Shown here piece by piece: positions 56,567 to 64,000 of a stretch of DNA of 64,000 bases. Within the stretch, counting starts at the first letter, position 1; the number at the start of each line of letters is the position of its first letter. Both the position numbers and the translations under genes were made by a program. The notes beneath the pieces were generated by a model, which was not told the DNA's origin, made no database searches, and saw only the letters and a program-made list of their open reading frames with translations. The stretch comes from a bacterium. Lineage in GTDB: Bacteria > UBA8248. The stretch is taken from the NCBI GenBank assembly GCA_965207065.1, contig OZ242260.1, positions 704,001-768,000 on the forward strand, given 5' to 3'.

Positions 56567-57820
56567 ATGAAACGGAAATTTATCACCATCATCGCAGTGC
56601 TCGGCCTCGCCTTCTCTGTCGGCTTCGGCAGCGCCCAGGCGGCCGAGGTGCGCATCGGGTTCATCGCGCCGATGACGGGCATCTTCGCCCAGATCGGCAA
56701 GGACATGAGCAACGGCTTCAAGATGTACATGGCGCACACGAAGAACAAGATGGGCCCACTGGACGTAAAGTTCATCCTCGAGGACTCGACCGGCAAACCG
56801 GCCGTGAACGTGCGCAAGGCGCTCAAGCTCATCAAGCGCGACAAGGTGCACATGTTCATCGGCGGACTGCTCGCCAGCACCGGGTATGCGCTCGCTCCGG
56901 TGGCAAACCGCTTCAAGACGCCCTACATCTCGCCCGTGCCGGCTGCGGACGACCTCACCCAGCGCAAGCTCTTCAAGCACTTCCTGCGCAGCGGCTTCAC
57001 GAGCAGCCAGAACAGCCATCCCCTCGGCGAGTGGGCCTACGACCAGGGCTACCGCAACGTGGTCACCATCGGCGCGGACTACGCTTTCGGCTACGAGACC
57101 GTGGGCGGCTTCCACAAGGCCTTCGAGGCGCGCGGCGGCAAGGTCGTCAAGAAGATCTGGGCGAAACTCGGCACCAAAGACTTCGGCCCCTATCTGCCGC
57201 AGATACCCAAGGACGCCGACGCCATCTTCACCCTGATGGTCGGCCCCATGTCCCTGGCTTTCCCGAAGCAGTTCCGCGCCGCGGGCTTCAAGATGCCGAT
57301 GCTCGGCGGCGTGACGAGCGCGGATGAGTTCATCCTGCCCAGCATGGGCGACGAGGCGCTCGGCTACGTGACGGCCGCGCAGTACAGCGCCGCCCTCGCG
57401 ACGGACAAGAACAAGGCGTTCGTCAAGGAATACCAGCAGCGCTACGGGAAGATGGCCTCCTACTATTCGGAGACCTGCTACACCACTGGCCAGTGGGTGG
57501 ACCTCGCACTCAAGAAAATCGGCTACAAGCCGGACAACAAAGATGCGTTCCTCAAGGCGTTCAAGGCCATCCGCATCGACGCCATCAGAGGGCCGGTGTA
57601 TCTGGACAAATACGGAAATCCGGTGCAGAACAGCTACATCCGCAAGGTGACCCGCGTGAAGGGCGATCGCCTGGGTCTGGGCGTGAAGTCGAACTCGCTC
57701 TGGAACCTCGTTATCAAGACCTACCCGGCCGTGGGTCAGTTCTGGAAGTGGTCGGATAAGGATTTCCTGAAAGACCCTGTGTACAGCAAGAAGTTCCCGC
57801 CGTGCCCGCATTGTAAGTAA
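56567..57820 (+). CDS. ABC substrate-binding protein (LivK/HAAT family)
   Basis: Signal peptide; IGFIAPMTG, DYAFGYE and DFGPY motifs; GGGAGG RBS before ATG 56567. Confidence 0.9.
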   Translation: MKRKFITIIAVLGLAFSVGFGSAQAAEVRIGFIAPMTGIFAQIGKDMSNGFKMYMAHTKNKMGPLDVKFILEDSTGKPAVNVRKALKLIKRDKVHMFIGGLLASTGYALAPVANRFKTPYISPVPAADDLTQRKLFKHFLRSGFTSSQNSHPLGEWAYDQGYRNVVTIGADYAFGYETVGGFHKAFEARGGKVVKKIWAKLGTKDFGPYLPQIPKDADAIFTLMVGPMSLAFPKQFRAAGFKMPMLGGVTSADEFILPSMGDEALGYVTAAQYSAALATDKNKAFVKEYQQRYGKMASYYSETCYTTGQWVDLALKKIGYKPDNKDAFLKAFKAIRIDAIRGPVYLDKYGNPVQNSYIRKVTRVKGDRLGLGVKSNSLWNLVIKTYPAVGQFWKWSDKDFLKDPVYSKKFPPCPHCK

Positions 57821-57832
57821 GGGCGAAATATC

Positions 57833-57863
57833 CCGCCGTCCGGGTTTCACGGCCCGGGCGGCG
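57833..57863 (+). terminator. GC-rich hairpin after the binding-protein gene (mRNA-stabilising or partial terminator)
   Basis: CCGCCGTCCGGG...CCCGGGCGGCGG stem with no clear U-tract. Confidence 0.45.
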
Positions 57864-57902
57864 GATTCGCGCCGGTAAACTTTTCGAAGGAGCAGTCACG
57901 TT

Positions 57903-58658
57903 TTGGCGAACGGGCAATCAGGGCTCGAGCTTGAGAACGTCACCAAGCATTTCGGCGGCCTTCACGCCGTCGAGGACGTGAACCTGCGCCTGAACCTCGG
58001 CGAGCGTCGGGGAATCCTGGGGCCGAACGGAGCGGGCAAGACCACGCTGTTTCACCTGATAACGGGCGTGCTTCCGCTCACCTCGGGCCGCATTCGCCTT
58101 TTCGGACAGGACGTCTCGGGATGGCCCACCCACAAGCGCGTGGCCTTGGGCATGGCGCGCACCTTCCAGATCACCAGCCTTTTCCCCAAGCTCACCGTGC
58201 TCGAGAACGTTCTGCTCGCCGTGCAGGGCTTGCGGAAGATGAAAATGATGATGCTGAAACCACTTTTCAAGTACAAGGACGTGTACGAAAAAGCCGAAAA
58301 GCTGCTGAGTGACGTGAACTTCTGGCATTTGAGGGATCAGGAGGTCCGCAACCTCTCCCATGGGGAGCAGCGCCAGCTCGAGATTGTCCTCGCCCTGGCA
58401 AGTGAGCCCAAGGTTTTGCTTCTCGACGAACCTTCCGCCGGCCTGGCCACGGGAGAATCCCACGAGATGGCCAATTTCCTGAAATCGCTCGACCCCGAAA
58501 TCGCCATTCTCATCATCGAGCACGATCTGGACGTCATATTCGGGGTCGTCTCCCACATCAGCGTTCTGCACTACGGCGAGGTTCTCGCCGAGGGGCCCAG
58601 CGACGACATCCGAAACGACCCCAAGGTGCAGGAAATCTATCTCGGGAAGGCGGATTGA
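57903..58658 (+). CDS. ABC ATP-binding protein (LivG-like)
   Basis: GPNGAGKTT, ARTFQ, LSHGE, LLLDEP and IEHD motifs. Confidence 0.93.
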   Translation: MANGQSGLELENVTKHFGGLHAVEDVNLRLNLGERRGILGPNGAGKTTLFHLITGVLPLTSGRIRLFGQDVSGWPTHKRVALGMARTFQITSLFPKLTVLENVLLAVQGLRKMKMMMLKPLFKYKDVYEKAEKLLSDVNFWHLRDQEVRNLSHGEQRQLEIVLALASEPKVLLLDEPSAGLATGESHEMANFLKSLDPEIAILIIEHDLDVIFGVVSHISVLHYGEVLAEGPSDDIRNDPKVQEIYLGKAD

Positions 58659-58659
58659 C

Positions 58660-59370
58660 GTGTCGACCCTTCTGAGCGTGAACGACATCCATACCTACTA
58701 CGGCGACTCCTACGTCCTTCAGGGCCTGAGCATCCACGTCGACGAGGGGGAGACGCTGGGCATACTCGGAAGAAACGGCATGGGCAAGACGACGCTGATC
58801 AACTCGGTCATGGGTTTCGTTCCGCCGAGACGAGGCGCCATTCATTTCCGGGGAGAGGACATCACCACCACGAACAGCTTCGACATCTCCAAGATGGGAA
58901 TCGGGCTGTGCCCACAGGGCAGGCGCGTGTTCCCGACCCTCTCGGTGCGCGAAAATCTCCTGGTGGCCCAACAGGAGCACGACATGGGCTACCGCTGGAA
59001 TTTCAAGGAAGTCTACGAACTCTTCCCCCGTCTCGGGGAGCGCGCAGGTCAGCGGGCGGGTTCCCTCTCGGGCGGCGAGCAGCAGATGCTGGCCGTGGGC
59101 CGCGCCCTGATGACCAACCCGAGCTGCCTCATCATGGATGAACCCTCCGAAGGGCTCGCGCCCATGATCATCCAGGACATCGGAAACGCCATACAGTCGC
59201 TCAAGGCCGAAGGACTCGCCGTCGTACTCGTGGAGCAGAACGCCGCCTTCGCCGTAAAGACGGTGGACAGGGTTTGCGTCATCGCGAACGGAAAAGTCGT
59301 CTACGAATCTTCGCCGCAGGAATTGTGGGCAAATGAGGAAGTCAGGAAAACCCACCTGGGAATCGGCTGA
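58660..59370 (+). CDS. ABC ATP-binding protein (LivF-like)
   Basis: GRNGMGKTT, LSGGEQQM, DEPSEGLAP and VEQN motifs. Confidence 0.93.
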   Translation: MSTLLSVNDIHTYYGDSYVLQGLSIHVDEGETLGILGRNGMGKTTLINSVMGFVPPRRGAIHFRGEDITTTNSFDISKMGIGLCPQGRRVFPTLSVRENLLVAQQEHDMGYRWNFKEVYELFPRLGERAGQRAGSLSGGEQQMLAVGRALMTNPSCLIMDEPSEGLAPMIIQDIGNAIQSLKAEGLAVVLVEQNAAFAVKTVDRVCVIANGKVVYESSPQELWANEEVRKTHLGIG

Positions 59371-59589
59371 AAAAACCCTCGCGCAACAGAATCCATTCAT
59401 AGTATTCTTGTGTCGTTGTGACGGAAAGTAAAACTACAAATGAAGAGGTGTCCCGAGTTTCACATAAAGAGATGAGGCAGAACACTTGAGCGTCTCTCCC
59501 CATCATCCGAAGGAAGCCCTGTCTTGACGAGGGCGCCGTGGACCTGAATTGACGAACCCGCCGCCATACTCTACGGAAATTCCAAGACG

Positions 59590-61878
59590 ATGATTTCTGT
59601 ACTATTGGACCGCTATACCAACGCCGTTCTACGCTATCGTTGGCCGGTTATCGCGATCGCCACGCTGATCATGCTGCTCACGGGTGTCGGCGCGCTCTTC
59701 ATCGGCGTCACGAACGACTACCGCATCTTGTTCAGCGAAGAAAATCCACAGTACGCCGATTTCAAGGCGCTCGAAAACATTTTTTCCACATCCAACATGG
59801 CGTTCATCGCCATCGCTCCACGAGGGGGCTCGGTGTTCACCCGAGAAGCGCTCGCCGCGCTCGAGGAATTAACCGAAGCCGCGTGGCGAACACCCCATTC
59901 CAGACGGGTCAACTCACTTACGAACTATACCCATAGCCGGGCGAAGGGAGATGAGCTGATCGTCGAGCCGCTCGTCGATGATGCGCGCTCGCTGAGCGAT
60001 GCCGATCTCGCGCGAATCAGGAAAATCGCGCTCGAGTCGCGCGATCTGCCCGGTCGTCTGGTCTCCCGGGAGGGGCATGTGGCCGGGCTGGCGGTCACTT
60101 TCGTCCTGCCCGACGACATGGACGCTGCTGTGGTCTCTATAAACGATTACCTGAACGCTATCTTGAAGAAAGCCGGGGCCAGATACCCGGAAATCGCCTA
60201 CTACCTGAGCGGTGACGTGATCAGTAACCGCACCTTCTCCGTGGCGACTTACAATGATTTCGTCTACCTGGCTCCAATCGTGTTCATCATGATCGTCGTC
60301 ATCAGCACACTTCTTTTGCGCTCGTTTCTCGGCACGTTTTCCATCATCGTCGTGATCGGGTTCGTCATCTTCAACACGATGGGAATTGCGGGCTGGCTCG
60401 GCACGGTGTTCAGCCCCACAAATGCCGGCGTACCGACCATTGTCATGGCGACATGCGTCGCCCACTCAATCCACATCATCACGACCACGCTGCTGGGCAT
60501 GGACCATGGGTTGGACAAGGATGCGGCGATTGCCGAATCGCTTCGGAGCAACGCATGGCCGGTGTTCCTGACTTCGATCACGACCGCTATCGGATTCCTG
60601 AGCCTGAACTACTCGGATTCGCCTCCCGCCCGTATTCTGGGAAATCTCGTGGCGCTCGGCGTGCTGTGGGCCTTCGTCTACTCGATGACCCTGCTGCCGG
60701 CCGTACTTTCGGTTCTGCCGTTGCGCGCACGCCGAATCCCCTCCGGCAAATCCCCTTTTTTCGTCCGATTCGGCGCTTTCGTGGTCAAGCGCCGGGCGTT
60801 CCTGCTCTGTTTCGTCGCCGTTCTGACGGCTGTCCTCATCACAGGTATTCCCCGCAACGAGTTGACAGACAGATGGGCGCACTATTTCGACGAGCGCTAC
60901 CGGTTCCGCCGCGATTCGGATTTCATCTTTGATAACCTGAACAGCATGAATTTCCTGGAATACGCGCTCAAGGCGGGGCGCGAAGGCGGCATCACCGAGC
61001 CTGAATACCTGAAAAAAGTCGAAGCCTTCGCCAATTGGTACCGGGAACAGCCTGAAGTGAGCCACGTCCAGGCTTTTACGGACATCATGAAGCGTCTGAA
61101 CAAGAACATGCACGGCGACGACCCGGCCTACTACAGGCTCCCAAATGATCCGAAGCTCGCCGCGCAATATCTTCTGCTTTATGAATTCTCGCTTCCCTTC
61201 GGCATGGATATCAACGACCGCATCGACGTCGCCAAATCCACGACGCGAATGAGCGTCATGGTTCGCAACCGATCCTCCAAGGATCAGCGCGAACTCGACG
61301 AGCGCGCCAAAGCCTGGCTCAACGCCAACATACCCGAATTCGCTTCCGAGGCATCCGGCATCACCATGATCTTCGCCCATCTATCGCTCAGAAACATCCA
61401 CGGCATGCTGCGCGGCACGATCATCGCCATGCTGATTATCTCTTTACTCCTGATCTGGGTTTTCAAAAGCGTTCGGCTGGGGCTCATCAGCCTCGTGCCC
61501 AACTTTCTCCCCGCCGCCATGACCTTCGGCCTGTGGGGCTATCTGGTCGGCCAGGTGGACTTTGCCGGCTCGTTGATGACCGCCATCGCGTTCGGAATCA
61601 TCGTGGACGATACGATTCACTTCATGAGCCGATATCAAAAAGCCCGCCGGATGGGCTTCCCCGCGCCTGGAGCCGTGCGCGCCGCCTTTCGGATCGTGGG
61701 CCAGGCGCTATGGACGACGACGGCGGTATTGTCACTCAGCTTTTTGGTGTTCGCCACATCGGGGTTCCACGGCAGCAGGACGCTCGGCCTGATGGTGGCG
61801 ATCACGCTCGTATTCGCGCTCCTGGCCGATTTCCTGCTCCTGCCGACCCTGCTGATGGCTCTCGACCGGAAGAAGTGA
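59590..61878 (+). CDS. MMPL/RND family transporter
   Basis: Two repeats of TM plus periplasmic domain plus 5 TM; LTSITTAIGFLSL and GIIVDDTIHF motifs. Confidence 0.9.
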   Translation: MISVLLDRYTNAVLRYRWPVIAIATLIMLLTGVGALFIGVTNDYRILFSEENPQYADFKALENIFSTSNMAFIAIAPRGGSVFTREALAALEELTEAAWRTPHSRRVNSLTNYTHSRAKGDELIVEPLVDDARSLSDADLARIRKIALESRDLPGRLVSREGHVAGLAVTFVLPDDMDAAVVSINDYLNAILKKAGARYPEIAYYLSGDVISNRTFSVATYNDFVYLAPIVFIMIVVISTLLLRSFLGTFSIIVVIGFVIFNTMGIAGWLGTVFSPTNAGVPTIVMATCVAHSIHIITTTLLGMDHGLDKDAAIAESLRSNAWPVFLTSITTAIGFLSLNYSDSPPARILGNLVALGVLWAFVYSMTLLPAVLSVLPLRARRIPSGKSPFFVRFGAFVVKRRAFLLCFVAVLTAVLITGIPRNELTDRWAHYFDERYRFRRDSDFIFDNLNSMNFLEYALKAGREGGITEPEYLKKVEAFANWYREQPEVSHVQAFTDIMKRLNKNMHGDDPAYYRLPNDPKLAAQYLLLYEFSLPFGMDINDRIDVAKSTTRMSVMVRNRSSKDQRELDERAKAWLNANIPEFASEASGITMIFAHLSLRNIHGMLRGTIIAMLIISLLLIWVFKSVRLGLISLVPNFLPAAMTFGLWGYLVGQVDFAGSLMTAIAFGIIVDDTIHFMSRYQKARRMGFPAPGAVRAAFRIVGQALWTTTAVLSLSFLVFATSGFHGSRTLGLMVAITLVFALLADFLLLPTLLMALDRKK

Positions 61879-62254
61879 TGGGCCGGATCGCCTCACCCGT
61901 GAGGTAAAGGGCTCAAGAATATGAATGAATCCTAAGCGGAGGGATTGAGAGTGTACGGGGAAGCCGGAAAAATCCGCCCGGGAATCGGCTGAAATATCTC
62001 TTGCGCTGTGAATGGAATTGACAGTATATTCAAGAAACCACGAGGAAACCATAAAAGATACTGAAACAAATAGTTGCTGATGAAACTTTAAGAGTCAGAT
62101 AGGATTCGAACGGCTTTTCGAAAGTTTACTTACCGCTTTGTTCCAGCGGGACTCAATGAGTAGACGCACATGACTTTCGAAGGCCGCATTCATTTTTCAC
62201 CACGGTAGGGATTCGTGGAAACACGGAATGAACTTCCGGGGAAACCTTACGGCG

Positions 62255-62489
62255 ATGCAAGTACCATCCTCCTACGTTGAAGGCTACGAGCAAAGGGCCC
62301 GTCCTCACGATCAGGAACTGGCGGACCTCTACATCGGGCATACCACCATCGGCGATCCCCTTCTGGACCCGATAATGGAGGAGTTATCTTCCATGCCCGC
62401 CTATGAACTGCACGCGTTTGTCGAGGCGGGCATCGAAGGGCATGACGGCGTTCTCCGATATGCGCCGCAACCCCTTCGCGATTTTTTCA
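62255..62489 (+). pseudogene. N-terminal fragment of an MpaB/rubber-oxygenase-like (DUF2236) protein
   Basis: P..Y..GY...D.ELAD.YI.HTTIGDP...APQPLRDFF recalls the N-terminus of this family. The ORF continuation to 62665 looks unrelated and is far too short for a full protein. Confidence 0.5.
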
Positions 62490-62661
62490 TAGCAAGCAAA
62501 TCGTCAAATCCCAGAATTTCTCGCAGCTTCTGCAGATTTCGGTATACGACGAGGGTGGTATCAGCTACCGTTTGCCCGACCAAGTCAAAGCGTCGGAATC
62601 GAGCAAGTGGTAAGCGATGTCCGCATCCGCGCCCGACCCGTGATGCCGAAGTGATACGCAC

Positions 62662-64000
62662 GTGAAACTGGACCGCTATATCGACGCCGTTCTGCGCCAC
62701 CGGTGGCTGGTGGTCGCACTGGCCGTGTTGATTCTGCTGATCACGGGGGCGGGCGGGCGCTTCATCAAGACCACGAACGACTACCGCATCATGTTCGGCG
62801 AAGACAACCCCCAGCTCGCCGCCTTCAGGGCGCTTGAGAAAACCTTCTCCACATCCGACACCGCGCTCATCGCCGTCGCGCCCCGAAAGGGTTCGGTGTT
62901 CACCAAAGAGGCGCTCGGCGCGCTCGAGGAATTGACCCAAACCGCGTGGAAGACGCCGCATTCGAGCCGGGTCGACTCCCTCACGAACTACAACCACAGC
63001 CGGGCGGAGGGGGACGACCTGATCGTCGAGCCGCTCGTCGACGACGCGAGCGCGCTGATCGACGCCGACCTTGCGCGAATCCGGAAAATCGCGCTGGACG
63101 CCACTGAAATCGCCTGACGCCTCGTCTCCCGTGACGGGCGCGTGGGCGGGCTGGCGATCACTTTTATCCTGCCGGACGACCTCGACGCCGCGGTGATCGA
63201 GATAAGCGATTATCTGAACGCAGCTCTCAAGAAGGCGCGCGCGAAATACCCGAACATCTCCTTTCACCTGACCGGCGACGTCATCATGCACCGCGCCTTC
63301 GCCGACGTCACGAAAGAAGAGCTGGAAACGCTCATGCCGCTCGTGTTCCTCATGATCATCATCGCCACGGCGCTTCTTATGCGCTCGGTGCTGGGCACGC
63401 TGGCCATCGTCGTCTCCATCGTATTCATCCTCATAAACACGCTGGGGGTCGCAGGCTGGATCGGGTCGGTATTCAGCCCCACGAATTCCGGCGTGCCGAT
63501 TATCATCATGGCTATTTCCGTCGCGAACTCGATTCACATCGTCACGGCCACACTGCTGGGCATGGGAAATGGCCTCGACAAGAATGCGTCGATCGCGGCA
63601 TCGCTCCGGAGCAACGCCTGGCCGGTGTTTCTGACTTCGCTCACGACGGCGATCGGTTTTTTAAGCCTGAACACGTCCGATTCACCGCCCTTTCACGTCC
63701 TCGGCAACCTTGTGGCGCTCGGCGTACTGTTCTCCTTCGTCTACGCCATGACGCTGCTGCCGGCGCTGCTCTCGATTCTTCCGCTGCGCGCGCGCCGGAT
63801 TTCGTCCGAGAAATCCTCCTTTTTCGATCGTTTCGGCGACTTCGTCGTAGAACGCCGCGTGCTTCTGCTCACGTTCGTCGCGGTTCTGACGCTCGTCCTC
63901 ATCAGCGGCATTCCCCGAAACGAACTGACCGAGAGATGGGCGCACTACTTCGACGAACGCTACGAGTTCCGGCGCGATACGGATTTCGTATTCGACAACC
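62662..64000 (+). pseudogene. second MMPL/RND paralog interrupted by an in-frame TGA; runs off the window
   Basis: Colinear with 59590-61878. TGA at 63115-63117 sits where the paralog has Gly (LPGRLVSREG vs IA*RLVSRDG), and the frame stays open afterwards to the window edge. Confidence 0.85.

Noticed and set aside
63115-63117. Selenocysteine or alternative genetic code at the in-frame TGA
   Set aside because: The aligned residue is Gly, not Cys, and many intact genes in the window stop at TGA.

Overview
High-GC bacterial chromosomal window with no rRNA, tRNA, CRISPR array or transposase visible. It contains housekeeping genes (malQ, gatA, gatB, a degP/htrA-type protease, a DacZ-like diadenylate cyclase), many catabolic oxidoreductases and hydrolases, a complete LIV-type ABC transporter and two MMPL/RND paralogs, the second interrupted by a TGA. 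The accessory block at about 9.3-23.8 kb is the most interesting part. It holds two tandem group II PLP decarboxylases and a full partner-switching cascade (STAS, RsbW-like kinase, REC-PP2C phosphatase, duplicated stand-alone REC, HAMP histidine kinase, orphan periplasmic binding protein). It also holds an NCS2 permease fused to a degenerate RsbW-like domain, and a minimal RiPP locus: an NHLP/proteusin-type precursor with an 18-aa Trp-containing core followed by an uncharacterised 364-aa possible maturase. Features the ORF track misses or misplaces include a candidate ~87-nt sRNA with its own promoter and terminator in an AT-rich islet, a nested MITE/REP stack, a 35-aa membrane ORF after the diadenylate cyclase, a frameshifted amidohydrolase and a truncated MpaB-like oxygenase. 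All family calls come from motif recognition by eye; no searches were run.
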